Made by a program: the position numbers and the translations under genes
Assembly: GCA_965250285.1 (NCBI GenBank)
Contig: OZ252299.1
Span: 2,560,001 to 2,624,000, forward strand
Reading direction: 5' to 3'
Source of the DNA: Myxococcota bacterium
GTDB lineage: Bacteria; Myxococcota_A; UBA9160; UBA4427
DNA length: 64,000 nucleotides
Part shown: one piece after another, positions 27,499 through 39,800 of the stretch
Layout: every line of letters starts with the position of its first letter
Numbering within the stretch: position 1 is the first letter of the stretch
Notes under the pieces: model-generated
What the model saw: the letters and a program-made list of their open reading frames with translations, nothing else
The model's database searches: none
Told to the model about the DNA's origin: nothing

Positions 27499-30400
27499 AT
27501 GACGGCGCTGATCCGATTCGGTCTCGAAAACCGGCTCCTCGTCACCGCGCTGGCGATCCTGATCGCTGCGGCCGGCTACTACAGCTATCGGGAGCTTCCC
27601 GTCGACGCGTTCCCCGACGTGAGCCCCAACCTCGTGCAGGTCTTCACGACGACCGAGGGAATCTCGCCGGAGGACGTCGAGAAGTACGTGACCTTCCCGG
27701 TCGAGACGGCCATGAACGGCTTGCCTGGGCTCGCGCGCATCCGGTCGGTATCGAACTTCGGTCTCTCCGTCGTGAACGTCTACTTCGAGGACGGCGTCGA
27801 CATCTACTTCGCCAGGCAGCTGGTCGGCGAACGGCTCCAGGAAGCGCGCGAGCAGATCCCGGAAGGCTTCGGCGAGCCCGAGATGGGCCCCATCTCGACC
27901 GGAATGGGGCTCGTGCTCTTCTACTACCTCGAGGACCGCACCCGGAGCTACACGCTCGAGGAGCTGCGAACGATCCAGGACTGGCTGGTCAAGGTGCAGC
28001 TCCAGACCGTTCCAGGCGTCACCGAGGTGCTCGGGATCGGGGGGCACGAGAAGCAGTTCCAGGTCTCCATCCACCCCGAGGACCTGCTCCGCTACGACCT
28101 CACCGTGGGCGACGTGCTCGCGCGGATTCGCGACAACAACCTGAACGTCGGCGCCCAATTCATCGAGAAGGACGCCGAGGAGTACGTGGTCCGCTCGGTC
28201 GGCCTCGCCACGAGCATCGACGACCTCGAGAGCATCGTGCTGAAGACGAAGGATGGAACCCCCATCTTCCTCGGGCAGGTCGCCGACATCGGGATCGGCG
28301 GTGCCCTCCGCCGAGGTCTCCAGACCCGCAATGGCGACGGCGAAGTCGTCGCCGGGATGGTCGTCAAGCTCTTCGGCACCAACTCGTCGACCGTCATCGA
28401 GCGCGTCGAGGAGAAGATCGCGTCCATCAACGCGGCGCTTCCTCCCGGCGTGCAGATCGTTCCCTACTACGAGCAGAAGACGCTCGTCTCAGCGGCGGTT
28501 CGCACCGTACAGAGCGCGCTCATCCAGGGCGTCGGTCTGGTGTCGCTCGTCATCGTCGTCTTTCTCGGCGCGTTGCGTCCGAGTCTCGTGGTCGCCCTCT
28601 CGATTCCTTTCTCGGTGCTCTTCGCGACACTCGGAATGGGGCAGTTCGACATCTCGGCCAACCTGATGTCCCTGGGTGGCCTTGCGATCGCGATCGGGAT
28701 GATGGTCGATGGCACGATCGTCCTCACGGAGAACGTGGATCGACTGCTCCGAGACAGTGCGCCGAAAGCGTCCCGAAGGGACGTGGTCGTGAAGGCGTGT
28801 GCCGAGGTCGCGCGGCCGATCGCCTTCGCGATCTCGATCATCATCATTGTCTTCCTGCCGCTCTTCACCCTCGAAGGGGTCGAAGGGAAGACGTTCCGGC
28901 CGTTGGCCTACACGGTGGCCATGGCAATGGCGGGGTCGCTCGTCTTCGCTCTCCTGGTCGCACCCATGCTGTCGTTCACGGTCATGAGACCACCGAAGCG
29001 AACGGACAACCAAGGCGGTTGGGTCGGCTACCTGATTCGGCTCTATCGGCCGTTCGTGACGCGGTTCGTTCGCCATCGTTCGCTGGCAGTGATGCTTGCG
29101 GTCGCCCTGACCGCAGTCGGGATCGGTGTCTTTCCCTTGCTGGGCTCCGAATTCACACCGCGACTTCGAGAGGGGACCCTGGTGCTTCGTCTCACCATGG
29201 TCCCCTCGATCTCGCTCAACGAGAGCAAGCGCGTGACGACGCTTGTGGAGCGGCGGCTACTGGCCGTTCCTGAAGTGTCCGGCGTCGTCTCACGCATCGG
29301 GCGTGGCGAGGTTGGAGCCCATGCCGACCCCGTGAACAGTGCGGAGATGTACGTGCTCCTCGGGCCGAAGGACACCTGGCGGGCGCAGACTCAGGACGGG
29401 CTCGAGGAGCTCATACGAGAGGGTGTCGGGCGTGTGCCGGGCGTACTCACGAACTTCACACAGCCCATCGCAATGACGGTCGACGAGCTGCTCGAGGGCG
29501 TGCGAGCCGAGCTCGCCATCAAGCTCTACGGAGATGACCTCGACGCGCTTGCCGAAAAGGCCGCGGAGATCGCTCGCGTCGTGGGCACGGTTCGCGGTGC
29601 AGCGGACGTGCAGGTCGACCAGGTCTCCGGTACGCCTCAACTCGTCATTCGCGTCGACCGCAAGTCGGTCGCACGGCACGGCATGAACGTGGAGGACGTC
29701 CAGCAGACCGTGCGCGCGGCCGTCGGCGGAGAGGTCGCGGGCCAGATCTTCGAGGGGGTCCGTCGCTTCGACATCTACGTGCGCTTCGCCGAGGAGTATC
29801 GCTCCGACCCCGAGGCGATCGGCAACGTGCTGGTGCCGGGACCGGGAGGCGTGCGTGTGCCGCTCTCGGATCTGGCCGAGCTCGAAGAGATCGTGGGCCC
29901 TCGGCAGATCACGCGGGAGGACAACCAGCGCTTCGTGACGATCCAGTGCAACGTTCTGGGGCGCGACATCGGGTCGTTCGTCGAAGAGGCAAGCCGCGCG
30001 ATCGAGCGGGGAGTCGAGCTCCCCGCTGGCTACTTCGTCACCTGGGGCGGCCAGTTCCGCCTTCAACAGGAGGCGAACCGGCGTCTCGCCGTCGTCGTCC
30101 CCATCACGCTGATCGTCATCTTCGTGCTGCTCTTCTCGAGCTTCGGCTCACTCCGGAACGCAACTCTCATCTTGCTCAACATCCCCCTCGCACTGGTCGG
30201 CGGGATCGTCGGGCTGTGGCTGTCCGGCCAGAACCTGTCCGTGCCGGCATCAGTTGGCTTCATCGCGCTTTTCGGCATCGCGCTCGAGAATGGGATGGTG
30301 CTCGTCACGTACCTGAACCAGCTCACGTCCGGTGGAGAGGACGTGGATTCCGCGTCTGTCGAGGGCGCGTGTCTGCGCCTGAGGCCCGTACTGATGACCG

Positions 30401-30585
30401 CGGCGACGACAGCACTCGGGCTGTTGCCGTTGCTCTTCTCTACGGGCACGGGAAGCGAGGTTCAGCGGCCTCTGGCTACAGTCGTCGTCGGAGGGCTGAT
30501 CACGTCGACCGTGCTGACGCTGCTCGTGCTCCCGGCGCTCTACAAGTGGTTCTCGCACGAACCCGAGTCAGCTGGCGAGGTCTGA
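27499..30585 (+). CDS. czcA: CzcA-family heavy-metal RND permease
   Basis: LPVDAFPDVS, ANLMSLGGLAIAIGMMVD, EGKTFRPLA, GSEVQRPLATVVVGG. Confidence 0.95.
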   Translation: MTALIRFGLENRLLVTALAILIAAAGYYSYRELPVDAFPDVSPNLVQVFTTTEGISPEDVEKYVTFPVETAMNGLPGLARIRSVSNFGLSVVNVYFEDGVDIYFARQLVGERLQEAREQIPEGFGEPEMGPISTGMGLVLFYYLEDRTRSYTLEELRTIQDWLVKVQLQTVPGVTEVLGIGGHEKQFQVSIHPEDLLRYDLTVGDVLARIRDNNLNVGAQFIEKDAEEYVVRSVGLATSIDDLESIVLKTKDGTPIFLGQVADIGIGGALRRGLQTRNGDGEVVAGMVVKLFGTNSSTVIERVEEKIASINAALPPGVQIVPYYEQKTLVSAAVRTVQSALIQGVGLVSLVIVVFLGALRPSLVVALSIPFSVLFATLGMGQFDISANLMSLGGLAIAIGMMVDGTIVLTENVDRLLRDSAPKASRRDVVVKACAEVARPIAFAISIIIIVFLPLFTLEGVEGKTFRPLAYTVAMAMAGSLVFALLVAPMLSFTVMRPPKRTDNQGGWVGYLIRLYRPFVTRFVRHRSLAVMLAVALTAVGIGVFPLLGSEFTPRLREGTLVLRLTMVPSISLNESKRVTTLVERRLLAVPEVSGVVSRIGRGEVGAHADPVNSAEMYVLLGPKDTWRAQTQDGLEELIREGVGRVPGVLTNFTQPIAMTVDELLEGVRAELAIKLYGDDLDALAEKAAEIARVVGTVRGAADVQVDQVSGTPQLVIRVDRKSVARHGMNVEDVQQTVRAAVGGEVAGQIFEGVRRFDIYVRFAEEYRSDPEAIGNVLVPGPGGVRVPLSDLAELEEIVGPRQITREDNQRFVTIQCNVLGRDIGSFVEEASRAIERGVELPAGYFVTWGGQFRLQQEANRRLAVVVPITLIVIFVLLFSSFGSLRNATLILLNIPLALVGGIVGLWLSGQNLSVPASVGFIALFGIALENGMVLVTYLNQLTSGGEDVDSASVEGACLRLRPVLMTAATTALGLLPLLFSTGTGSEVQRPLATVVVGGLITSTVLTLLVLPALYKWFSHEPESAGEV

Positions 30586-30670
30586 CGCTCGCGTGAGCGA
30601 ACGCGGCACTTGGGCGAGCGTCCAAGATCCGCGAAGGCTCGGCTGATCCAGAGGTCGAAGTTGGATGACC

Positions 30671-30905
30671 GCGAGGTTCTGGTGTGTGACGGCCGTTCAT
30701 CGCCGTCGCGAGCACAAAGATTGCCCCTCTCACGTGTTGACCCGGGAGGCCGCAAGTCGCTGTGCCTGCTTCCGATCGTGCGCGGGACTGGCGTGCTACG
30801 TCGAGCTGAGCGTCAGACGCTACGAAACAGGCTCACTGCAACGATCACCGTAAGTGACCACGCTACTGTAGGAATTCGAACCCCCGAGCCTCAGCTTCGA
30901 AGCCT
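30671..30905. repeat. Internal repeat shared with 42231-42390, including a tRNA-Arg-like remnant
   Basis: GCGAGGTTC...GTGAC.GCCGTTCATCGCCGTCG at 30671-30708 and 42231-42267; CCGAGCCTCAG.TTCGAAGCCT at ~30884-30905 and 42367-42388. Confidence 0.65.
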
Positions 30906-31017
30906 CAGACAAGCCTTCGAAAAGACGTTGCGGTGGCCCTGGATCGGTCAGACGGGGATTGGCGGCGGCGAGAACGACGATGTCAGCGGTGCCTGCGGCG
31001 ACCCGGCGGCCACGTAC

Positions 31018-33141
31018 TCAACTGCGGCCCAAGCGTTGGGAGCGGAGTCTGAGCGCGTTCCCGATGACGGACACCGAGCTCAAACTCATTGCGAGAGCGG
31101 CAATCATCGGGTTCAGAAGCAGACCAAAAGCGGGGTAGAGCGCGCCGGCGGCGACCGGCACACCGAGGGCGTTGTAGCCGAAAGCGAAGACCAGGTTCTG
31201 CTTGATGTTGCGGAGCGTGGCTTCGCTGAGGAGCCTGGCTGTCAGCACGCCGCGTAGGTCTCCGTGCATCAGCGTTACGTCTGCACTCTCCATTGCGATA
31301 TCAGCGCCTGTGCCCATCGCGATTCCGACGTCGGCCTGCGCAAGGGCGGGAGCGTCATTCACGCCATCGCCGGCCATGGCGACGCGGCCCCCATGCGCCT
31401 GAAAGTCCTTGATGACCGCCGCTTTCTCTCCTGGCAGCACGTCTGCGACCACTTCCTCGAGGCCGAGCGTTGACGCTACAGCGCGCGCCGTATCGAGGTT
31501 GTCGCCGCTGAGAACGACGATTCGAAGACCAAGCTCGCGAAGCTCGGCAATCGCCGCGGGCGTCGTGGCTTTGATTGGGTCGGAGACCGCGATTAGGCCA
31601 GAGAGCGCGCCGTCGACAGCAAGGAACATCACAGTCGCGGCTTGTGCACGGAGAGCAGAAGCCCGCGCAGATAGCCCCGGAACTTGCTCGATGCCGAGCT
31701 CGGCCAACATCGTGGCGTTTCCGAGCGCAACGCGCGCCCCTTCGACTTTCCCTCTCACACCTCTGCCGGGCAGAGCCTCGAACTCAAGCGGCGAAGCAAG
31801 CGGCAGTCCCCTGTCTTTGGCTTCGCTGATAATCGCTGCCGCCAGCGGATGCTCGCTACCTATCTCCAGGCTCGCCGCTAGAGACAAGACCTTGGCCTCA
31901 TCCACTCCGGGAACGGGTTCGACTGAGGTGAGTCTCGGCGCTCCTTCGGTGAGCGTTCCGGTTTTGTCCACGACCAACACTTCCACGCTGCGCATCGCCT
32001 CGATGGCTTCAGCGTTTCGAAACAGCACACCCGAGCGTGCGCCTCGGCCAGTCGCAACCATAATGGACATCGGGGTTGCAAGTCCAAGAGCACACGGGCA
32101 CGCAATGATGAGAACGGCGACCGCGGCGAGAAGTGCGTGCGCAAGCCTCGGGTCGGGTCCGAGAGTTGCCCAGAGGCCAAAGGCGACGAGGGCTACGAGG
32201 ACGACCGCGGGAACGAAGTAGGCTGCAAATACGTCGGCAAGCCTCTGGATGGGTGCGCGGCTTCGCTGTGCCTGGCTGACCATCTCGACGATCTGTGCGA
32301 GCAGAGTCTCTTCGCCCACGCGTTGGGCCTCGATCACCAGGGTTCCATTCTGGTTGATGGTCGCGCCGATGACGGAATCGCCCGCGACCTTCTGGACCGG
32401 AATCGGCTCTCCAGTCACCATGGCTTGGTCAACGGTGCTTTCGCCGGATACGACGAAGGCATCAACGGGCATCTTCTCGCCGGGACGCACGCGTAGCTGG
32501 TCGCCAACGAGCACGTCGTCGAGCGGCACTTCTTCCTCAGCTCCGTCCGCAAGGATCCTCCGAGCGGTCTTGGGCGCGAGTTCGAGCAGGCCTCGAATCG
32601 CGGCGCTCGTTCGGCTCCTTGCCCGAAGCTCGAGCACCTGGCCGAGCAGCACGAGCGTGACGATTACCGCGGCCGCCTCGAAGTAGACAGCGACGTCGCC
32701 GGAGGGGAGCCGAAACGAAGGGGGAAAGGCGTTTGGAACGGCTGTAGCGGCGACGCTATAGCCCCAGGCGGCGAGCACGCCCAGCGAGATGAGCGTGAAC
32801 ATGTTCAGGTTCCCCGTGCGCAGGGAGTGTGCGCCCCGTTGCAGGAAGGGCAGCCCTCCCCACAGGACAACAGGCGTTGAGAGGGCAAGCTGCAGGAGGT
32901 TGAAGGCCTTCGTCGAGACCGCCTGCGGTAGCGAGACGCCGGGGAGCATCTCGCCCATGGAGAGCAAGAACACCGGTGCGGTGAGAAGTGCAGAGACGTA
33001 GAAGCGCCTCGTCATCGACGAGAGCTCAGGGTTCTCTTCGACTTCGATGGGCTCAACCGGCTCCAGCGCCATGCCGCAGAGGGGGCAATCGCCGGGTCCT
33101 TCACGGATAATCTCGGGGTGCATCGGGCAGGTGTAGGTCAT
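31018..33141 (-). CDS. copA: Cu(I)/Ag(I) P1B-type ATPase
   Basis: [51 protein letters not shown]. Confidence 0.96.
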   Translation of the reverse strand: MTYTCPMHPEIIREGPGDCPLCGMALEPVEPIEVEENPELSSMTRRFYVSALLTAPVFLLSMGEMLPGVSLPQAVSTKAFNLLQLALSTPVVLWGGLPFLQRGAHSLRTGNLNMFTLISLGVLAAWGYSVAATAVPNAFPPSFRLPSGDVAVYFEAAAVIVTLVLLGQVLELRARSRTSAAIRGLLELAPKTARRILADGAEEEVPLDDVLVGDQLRVRPGEKMPVDAFVVSGESTVDQAMVTGEPIPVQKVAGDSVIGATINQNGTLVIEAQRVGEETLLAQIVEMVSQAQRSRAPIQRLADVFAAYFVPAVVLVALVAFGLWATLGPDPRLAHALLAAVAVLIIACPCALGLATPMSIMVATGRGARSGVLFRNAEAIEAMRSVEVLVVDKTGTLTEGAPRLTSVEPVPGVDEAKVLSLAASLEIGSEHPLAAAIISEAKDRGLPLASPLEFEALPGRGVRGKVEGARVALGNATMLAELGIEQVPGLSARASALRAQAATVMFLAVDGALSGLIAVSDPIKATTPAAIAELRELGLRIVVLSGDNLDTARAVASTLGLEEVVADVLPGEKAAVIKDFQAHGGRVAMAGDGVNDAPALAQADVGIAMGTGADIAMESADVTLMHGDLRGVLTARLLSEATLRNIKQNLVFAFGYNALGVPVAAGALYPAFGLLLNPMIAALAMSLSSVSVIGNALRLRSQRLGRS

Positions 33142-36100
33142 TACCCCAGACCTCCTTTCTGGTCGGACTCACTTGAGCGCGCTCGCGGGAGGCCACGAGA
33201 GTGGAGCAAGGAGAACAAGAGCGGCATCACGATGAGCGTGACGAGGGTTGCGGTGATGACGCCCCCGACCATGGGCGCAGCGATTCTTCGCATGGTCTCG
33301 GAACCGGTTCCCGCCCCCCACATGATCGGCAGTAGGCCGATGGCGTCAGAAGCAACAGTCATCAACAGTGGCCGAGCACGGTATGTGGCGCCCTCCACGA
33401 TGGCTGACCAGAGGTCCTCGACGGACTGAAGTGACCCGCTCTCTTTCGCTCGCTCGAGCGATTGATTCAGAAACAGCAGCATGATGACGCCCGTCTCCGC
33501 CGTGAGGCCGGCAAGAGCCAAGAATCCGGCGCCAACAGCGACGCTGAAGTCATAGTCGAGTACCCAGAGAAGGAAGAGCCCTCCGACGAGCGCAAAGGGG
33601 AGGCAGACGATCACCAGGAGCGTGTCGGCGAGTCGTCTGAAGTTGAGGTAGAGAAGCAGGAAAATGATGCCCAGTGTCACGGGCACGATGAGCATCAGGC
33701 GCCTTTGTGCACGCTCGAGATATTCGTACTGGCCGCTCCATTGCAGGGAGTAGCCGGGTGGAAGATTCAGTCGCTCGTCGAGCGCGTTCTTGGCGGTGGC
33801 GACGTAGGTTCCTACGTCGATGCCGTCGAGGTCGACGTAGACCCAAGCGTTGGGCCGAGCGTTCTCGGTCTTGATGGCAGGGGGGCCCTTGACGAACTTG
33901 AGCGTGGCCAATTGCTCCAGGGGCACTTGCGCACCGCCAGGAGTGGGAACCAGAACCCTTCGGAGTGAGGTAGGGTCGTCTCTGAGCTCTCTGCTGTATC
34001 GCAGATTGACCGGGTAGCGTTCGAGGCCCTCCACGGTTTGAGTAATGTTCATCCCGCCAACAGCGGTCTGAATCACGTCTTGCACGTCGCCCACGGTGAG
34101 GCCGTAGCGAGCAATCTGAGCGCGGTCGATGTCGAAGTCGAGGTAGTTGCCTCCAACGACTCGCTCGGCGTAGACGCTCAGCGTGCCGGGAACGTCTCGC
34201 AGCGCCGCTTCGATTCGCTCGCCAATTTGCTGGAGTTCGGCGAGCTCTGGCCCCGATACCTTGATGCCGACCGGTGTTTTGATTCCTGTCGAGAGCATGT
34301 CGATACGGGTCTTGATTGGCATGGTCCAGGCGTTCGTGAGCCCAGGGAAGCGAATGAGGGAGTCGAGCTCCTCGATGAGCTTCTGCGGGGTCAAGCCGGG
34401 GCGCCACTCTTCTCGCGGCTTGAGTGTGATGGTGGTCTCGAGCATCGAAAGCGGAGCTGGGTCGGTGGCCGTCTCGGCACGGCCAATCTTGCCGAATACG
34501 CGCTCCACCTCTGGCACAGAAGCGATGAGGCGGTCCGTCTGCTGCAGCACCTCTCTCGCCTTGGTGATGGATACCCCGGGCAGGGTGGTGGGCATGTAGA
34601 GCAGGTCGCCCTCGTTGAGCGGTGGCATGAACTCTGAACCGATACGCGCCAGCGGGTAGAGGCTCGAGAGGAGAAGTAGGACAGCTAGCGCCAGAACCGA
34701 AACACGGTGGCGCAGAGCGGCACGCAGTGCCGGACGATAGACCCAGAGCACGAAACGATTGAGCGGGTTTCTGTCCTCCGCCAGGATTCGCCCGCGGACG
34801 AGCCAAATCATCAGCGCCGGGACAACGGTAATCGACAGTAGTGCCGCACCGGCCATTGCGTACGTCTTCGTGAAGGCCAGTGGCTTGAAGAGCCGTCCTT
34901 CCTGGGCCTCGAGGGCGAATATCGGAAGAAACGAAACGGTGATGATGAGAAGGGAGAAGAAGAGCGACGGTCCGACTTCGACGGCAGCATCTATCAGAAT
35001 CTCATGTCGAGGCTTCGTTCCGCGGTCCCGCTCCAAGTGTTTGTGAGCGTTCTCGACCATCACAATGCCGGCGTCAATCATCGTCCCGATTGCAATGGCG
35101 ATGCCGCCGAGGGACATGATGTTGGCATTGATCCCCTGGTGGAACATGACGATGAAGGAGAAGAGGATTCCAAGGGGTAAGAGGAGAATTGCGACGAGCG
35201 CGCTTCTCAGATGGACGAGAAAGAGGAAGCAAATGAGGGCGACTATGAGCCCCTGTTCGAGGAGCTTCTCACGCAGATTCTGGACAGCGCGTTCGATGAG
35301 GGGGCCGCGGTCGTAGACCGGCACGACCTCGACGCCAGCGGGCAGGTTCTCGGCGAGCTCTGCAAGCTTCGCCTTGACGTTGCGGATGGTCTCGAGGGCG
35401 TTCTCACCGAAACGCATCACAACGATGCCCGCAGCGGCTTCGCCCTCGCCATCGAGGTCTGTAAGGCCACGTCGAAGCTCCGGCCCCAAGGCGACGGTGG
35501 CGACATTCCTGAGCAATATCGGCGTGCCTTTCGCATCCGCACCGACAGCAATCTGCTCTAGGTCTTCGGTGGAGGTCACGTAGCCGCGCCCTCGGACCAT
35601 GAACTCGGTTTCTGCTTGCTCGACCAGGCGGCCGCCGATGTCTGCGTTGCTGCGCTTGATGGCATGGCGGATGTGCGAAATGGAGATGCCAAACGCAGCA
35701 AGCTTGTTGGGGTCGACCTCCACCTGGTATTGACGAACGTGGCCCCCGATGCTCGCGACCTCAGCGACCCCGGGGACAGTCTGGAGCTCGTATCGGAGAT
35801 ACCAGTCCTGCAGCGAGCGGAGCTCAGCCAGGTCATGAGCACCACTCCGGTCGACGAGAGCGTATTCGTAGACCCAGCCGACACCAGTAGCGTCGGGGCC
35901 GAGGGTGGGTGTGACACCAGGCGGCAAACGGCCAGATACGAAGTTCAGCGATTCGAGCACGCGGCTGCGTGCCCAATAGAGGTCTGTTCCGTCCTCGAAG
36001 ATGATGTAGACGAACGAGAACCCGAAGAAGGAGTAGCCACGCACAACCTTCGCGTAGGGCACAGCGAGCATGGCCGTTGAGAGTGGGTAGGTGACCTGAT

Positions 36101-36287
36101 CTTCGACCACTTGCGGCGCCTGGCCGGGGTACTCCGTGAAAACGATTACTTGGACATCAGAAAGGTCGGGGATGGCGTCCAAGGGCGTGTTCAAGGTGGC
36201 GTAGGCCCCCCAGACCACGAGCGCGGCCACTCCAAGCGCCACGATGAACGGATTGCGTGCGGAGCCTTCGACGATACGGCGCAACAT
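33141..36287 (-). CDS. cusA: CusA/SilA Cu/Ag RND permease
   Basis: [59 protein letters not shown]. Confidence 0.96.
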   Translation of the reverse strand: MLRRIVEGSARNPFIVALGVAALVVWGAYATLNTPLDAIPDLSDVQVIVFTEYPGQAPQVVEDQVTYPLSTAMLAVPYAKVVRGYSFFGFSFVYIIFEDGTDLYWARSRVLESLNFVSGRLPPGVTPTLGPDATGVGWVYEYALVDRSGAHDLAELRSLQDWYLRYELQTVPGVAEVASIGGHVRQYQVEVDPNKLAAFGISISHIRHAIKRSNADIGGRLVEQAETEFMVRGRGYVTSTEDLEQIAVGADAKGTPILLRNVATVALGPELRRGLTDLDGEGEAAAGIVVMRFGENALETIRNVKAKLAELAENLPAGVEVVPVYDRGPLIERAVQNLREKLLEQGLIVALICFLFLVHLRSALVAILLLPLGILFSFIVMFHQGINANIMSLGGIAIAIGTMIDAGIVMVENAHKHLERDRGTKPRHEILIDAAVEVGPSLFFSLLIITVSFLPIFALEAQEGRLFKPLAFTKTYAMAGAALLSITVVPALMIWLVRGRILAEDRNPLNRFVLWVYRPALRAALRHRVSVLALAVLLLLSSLYPLARIGSEFMPPLNEGDLLYMPTTLPGVSITKAREVLQQTDRLIASVPEVERVFGKIGRAETATDPAPLSMLETTITLKPREEWRPGLTPQKLIEELDSLIRFPGLTNAWTMPIKTRIDMLSTGIKTPVGIKVSGPELAELQQIGERIEAALRDVPGTLSVYAERVVGGNYLDFDIDRAQIARYGLTVGDVQDVIQTAVGGMNITQTVEGLERYPVNLRYSRELRDDPTSLRRVLVPTPGGAQVPLEQLATLKFVKGPPAIKTENARPNAWVYVDLDGIDVGTYVATAKNALDERLNLPPGYSLQWSGQYEYLERAQRRLMLIVPVTLGIIFLLLYLNFRRLADTLLVIVCLPFALVGGLFLLWVLDYDFSVAVGAGFLALAGLTAETGVIMLLFLNQSLERAKESGSLQSVEDLWSAIVEGATYRARPLLMTVASDAIGLLPIMWGAGTGSETMRRIAAPMVGGVITATLVTLIVMPLLFSLLHSRGLPRARSSESDQKGGLG

Positions 36288-36289
36288 GT

Positions 36290-37918
36290 CTACTCCTCCT
36301 CTTCTGTGGCGCGGTGATGCTCTTGGGAAGAAGAAGGAGTTGGCATCTGGTGCTGCTCGTGGGCTGAGTGGTCCATCTCCTCATGCGCCGAGTGGTCTCC
36401 TTGTGGCGCGGAATCCATCTGATGCTGCTCGTGGGCAGAATGGTCCGCATGGGGCATTCCTTCGTGACCCGCGTGCTCGTTTGCAGAAGAGGGGTCCAAC
36501 CGGTGACCTTCGTGCTCACCTTCTGCGGCGTGGTCCATTTCTTCGTGGGCGGAGTGGTCGTCTGGGTCCGCAGGCTGATGCTGATGCGACGAATGGTCCT
36601 CCTCGGTTTCTTCCATGCGATGGCCAGCGTGCGCATCCTCAGCGCCCGAAGCGGCCAGCAGCTTTTGTACCGCCTCCTGAAGCTTGCTCTCACTGTCGAT
36701 GAGAAACTGGCTCGATACGACGACGCTTTCTCCCTCGGTCAGTCCGGAGCGGACCTCGAACCAGCCATCCCCGGTGGCAAGACCAAGCTCAATGTCACGC
36801 GGTTCAAAGCGCCCCTCTCCCAGTGCCACGATGGCAAGACTGCGTGTGCCGGAACGAATGACGGCGTCCGTTGGTACGGCGACAACATCTGGCAACGAAG
36901 CCGCCTCGATGACGGCATTGCCGAACATTTCCGGCTTCAGTTTCCCGGCGCTGTTGTCGAGCTCGAGGCGAACCTCGGCGGTTCGCGTAGCGGGGTCGAG
37001 GAAGGGAGCGATGTAGGTGAGCTCTCCGACCATCTCCTCGCCCGGCAGGTAGTTGAGCTCCACCCTGGCGCGTTGGCCGAGCTCGAGCCAGGGAAGTTCG
37101 TATTCGTAAACGTCGGCCAGCACCCAAACATGGGAGAGGTCCGCGATGGTGTAGAGGTTTGCGTTCGGCTGAACCTCCATTCCTGCTCGCACTCCAAGGC
37201 GGGTGATGTAGCCGGAAGCCGGTGCATAGAGCGTGAGAGTGCGTTTGACCTCGCCCGTGGTCAGCAGACGAGTGATGTCGCGCTCTGGGATGTCCCAGAG
37301 CGCAAGCCGGCGCTTGGTGGCTTCGAACAGTGACTGACCCCCGCCACGCACGTCGCCGAATTCACTGTTCTCGGTGGCGCTGCGGTAGCGAGCTGCGAGG
37401 AGTAGTTCTTCCTGTGTGGCGACGAGTTCCGGGGAGTAGATCTCGAGCAGTGGTTGGCCTTTCGTGACCTTCTGCCCGACGAAATCGACGAACAGCTTCT
37501 CTACCCAGCCTTGAACCTTGGTGTGAACGTGCGACACGCGCCGTTCGTCGTAAGCCACCCGACCGACGGCCCGCACCGCCCTTGCCAGGTCGCGGCGCTC
37601 CACTTCGGCGGTGCGAACGCCGATGTTCTGCATCGTGGCCGAGTCGATGATGACGCTGCCCTCGGGCGCGCGACCTGCTGCTCCGGGGCACTCGGGCACA
37701 AGGTCCATGCCCATGGGCGACTTGCCGGGTGCGTCCCGGATGTAGGTGGGGTCCATTGGGGCCTTCCAATAGAGGGGCTGGGCGCCAGCCGGGCAGGGGC
37801 CAGCGAGGGAGGGCGCCGGAGAGGTGCCCTCCGGAGGCGAGAGAAGACCGCGGCCGAACCAGCCAGCGGCTAGCGCAGTGACCACGATGGTGAACGTAAG
37901 GAGTTGTCGAGTCTTCAT
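36290..37918 (-). CDS. cusB: CusB/SilB adaptor with long His/Met-rich repetitive C-terminal tail
   Basis: YWKAPMDP...PGKSPMGMDLVP, IYSPELVATQEE, SQFLIDSES. Confidence 0.93.
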   Translation of the reverse strand: MKTRQLLTFTIVVTALAAGWFGRGLLSPPEGTSPAPSLAGPCPAGAQPLYWKAPMDPTYIRDAPGKSPMGMDLVPECPGAAGRAPEGSVIIDSATMQNIGVRTAEVERRDLARAVRAVGRVAYDERRVSHVHTKVQGWVEKLFVDFVGQKVTKGQPLLEIYSPELVATQEELLLAARYRSATENSEFGDVRGGGQSLFEATKRRLALWDIPERDITRLLTTGEVKRTLTLYAPASGYITRLGVRAGMEVQPNANLYTIADLSHVWVLADVYEYELPWLELGQRARVELNYLPGEEMVGELTYIAPFLDPATRTAEVRLELDNSAGKLKPEMFGNAVIEAASLPDVVAVPTDAVIRSGTRSLAIVALGEGRFEPRDIELGLATGDGWFEVRSGLTEGESVVVSSQFLIDSESKLQEAVQKLLAASGAEDAHAGHRMEETEEDHSSHQHQPADPDDHSAHEEMDHAAEGEHEGHRLDPSSANEHAGHEGMPHADHSAHEQHQMDSAPQGDHSAHEEMDHSAHEQHQMPTPSSSQEHHRATEEEE

Positions 37919-39204
37919 CGCAGTTTCTCTCCTATCGCTGCCTCGAGTGAGGCGTAGGCGACGCGCTTGTCCGCTCTGGCACGCGCGAGCCTGAGCTCCG
38001 CCTTCAGGAGCCGAACCTGGCTGTCGAGCAGGCTCAGAAAGTCGATTCTGCCCACCTCGTAGGCAGATCGGCTCGAGTCGAGGGACTGGCGGGCTTGAGG
38101 AACGAGTCCGTCCTCGAGGAGCTCTGTTTCTGAGGTTGCCCGAAGGACCTCAGCGTGTGCTTGGCGGCTGAGGGAGACGAGGGCCGCCCGCGTAGCGGCA
38201 TAGTCGGCCTGGGCGCGACGCAGGAGCGAGCGCTGCTCGGCAGCCTTTGCCCGCCACTTTCCGCGGTAGACAGGGAGCCGAATGGTGACGCCGGCCGAGA
38301 AGAAGTCATCACCGCCGACAGGGTCGCCTGGGACGTCGTTCCGAATTCGATAGCCGACGCCGACGTCGACATCGGGGAGACCTTCGCGCTCGATTGCCGT
38401 GATGCGCGCCTTGGCGGCGCGAATCTGCTCGCGAGCGGCCTTGAGCCTCGGGCTTCGTTGTTCCAGAGCCTCGAGGATTGGCTCGAGGGTGGGCGTGGGC
38501 GCGTCTAGGCGAAGCGCTGCGATGCGTGGCAGACGGGTGTGGAGCCGTAGGTCGAGCAGCTCGGCGAGCGTCGCCTGGGCGGTCTCGATTGCTTCTTCTC
38601 GCTGCAGTCGTTCCTGCAGGAGCGCCGTAAGCTCCACTTGGGCGCGGAGAACGTCCTGCTGGAGACCGTTGCCGACCTGGTATCGAGACTCAGCAGTAGC
38701 AGCGAGCTGCCGCAAGAGGTCGATGTTGCGCTCGGTAATGGCAAGCGCTTGTTGCCTGAAGCCAAGCTCGGACCAGGCCGCCTCTACGGCACCGTCCGTG
38801 ACGAACTCGTGGTCATCGACGAAGAGGCCGGAGGCCTCGGCCTCGTGTTCCGCAGCCGCCCTTCGGTTGGAGAGCATGCCCGGGAAGGGGAGCTTCTGGC
38901 GCAGGAAGAGTTGGTGTCCAGACATCGGAGTCGAGCTGAAGTTGAAATCTCCAAGTGGAAGATTGCTCGCCTCGTAGGTGAATCTGGGGTCCTGGAGCGC
39001 GCCGGCTGGGGTTACCCGGTGAGAAGCGGCTTGGGCCGCTGCTCGAGCCCGCTCGAGCGATGGGTTGGCACTGCGAGCGCGCTCGATACACCATTCGAGC
39101 TTGAGCGGGCTCGGCGGAAGCACAGTTTCAACTGCGGCTGGTTCGGCGGAAGCAGCGATTGGAACGAGCAGTGTTAGAGCGCCAAGGGCGAGTCTGTAGT
39201 TCAT
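37915..39204 (-). CDS. TolC-family outer membrane protein of the Cus-like pump
   Basis: AGALQDP, QKLPFPG, QQDVLRAQVE, YEVGRIDFLSLLD. Start at ATG 39204. Confidence 0.88.
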   Translation of the reverse strand: MNYRLALGALTLLVPIAASAEPAAVETVLPPSPLKLEWCIERARSANPSLERARAAAQAASHRVTPAGALQDPRFTYEASNLPLGDFNFSSTPMSGHQLFLRQKLPFPGMLSNRRAAAEHEAEASGLFVDDHEFVTDGAVEAAWSELGFRQQALAITERNIDLLRQLAATAESRYQVGNGLQQDVLRAQVELTALLQERLQREEAIETAQATLAELLDLRLHTRLPRIAALRLDAPTPTLEPILEALEQRSPRLKAAREQIRAAKARITAIEREGLPDVDVGVGYRIRNDVPGDPVGGDDFFSAGVTIRLPVYRGKWRAKAAEQRSLLRRAQADYAATRAALVSLSRQAHAEVLRATSETELLEDGLVPQARQSLDSSRSAYEVGRIDFLSLLDSQVRLLKAELRLARARADKRVAYASLEAAIGEKLR

Positions 39205-39212
39205 GTCAGCTC

Positions 39213-39800
39213 CTACCAGGCGAAGTGATCTAGTCCGTAGATGAGGCTCCCACCTAGAAAGCCGCTGGCGCCGACGAGCACCGCGGCAACCAACAGGGCC
39301 AGTCTGAACGGCACCGCACTCGGCAGGCGGGAGCAGTAGAGAAGGACTACGGCCCAAGCGGCGGTGGTCGTTCCAACGACGCGATGGGCGCTCAGCGTCC
39401 AGTCGTTGTCTGCCGGCGAAGTCGCAGCAAAAAGCCACCCTGTAGCGGCGGCAGCTACTGCGCCGAGTGCACCGCCCCAGACGCAGAAGTGCGCCGCGTC
39501 GCGAAAGTGCCTGCGCTTCGTGAGAGCAAAGAGCCCCTCAGCGACAAACGCCGCTAGCAGAAGCGCGACGGGAAAGTGCGTCAGCGGCGGATGGAGCCGT
39601 CCAGCCCATGCGACCGGTTTCGGTAGGACGTTGGCGACCGCGGGAGGCCCGCTCTGCTCGACCTTGAGCTCTGGGGCCACATCGCTAGGCGCACTCTGCT
39701 GGTGCCGATGACCTTCATGCGCCAATGAAGGCAGTGGCCATGACGCCAGAATTGCGGCTGCGGCGAGTGCTCCGGCAGCCCGTGGTAGCGGTAGTCTCAT
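39213..39800 (-). CDS. DUF2231-like membrane protein
   Basis: AHEGH after signal peptide; LHPPLTHFPVALL; GFLGGSLIYG. Confidence 0.75.
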   Translation of the reverse strand: MRLPLPRAAGALAAAAILASWPLPSLAHEGHRHQQSAPSDVAPELKVEQSGPPAVANVLPKPVAWAGRLHPPLTHFPVALLLAAFVAEGLFALTKRRHFRDAAHFCVWGGALGAVAAAATGWLFAATSPADNDWTLSAHRVVGTTTAAWAVVLLYCSRLPSAVPFRLALLVAAVLVGASGFLGGSLIYGLDHFAW

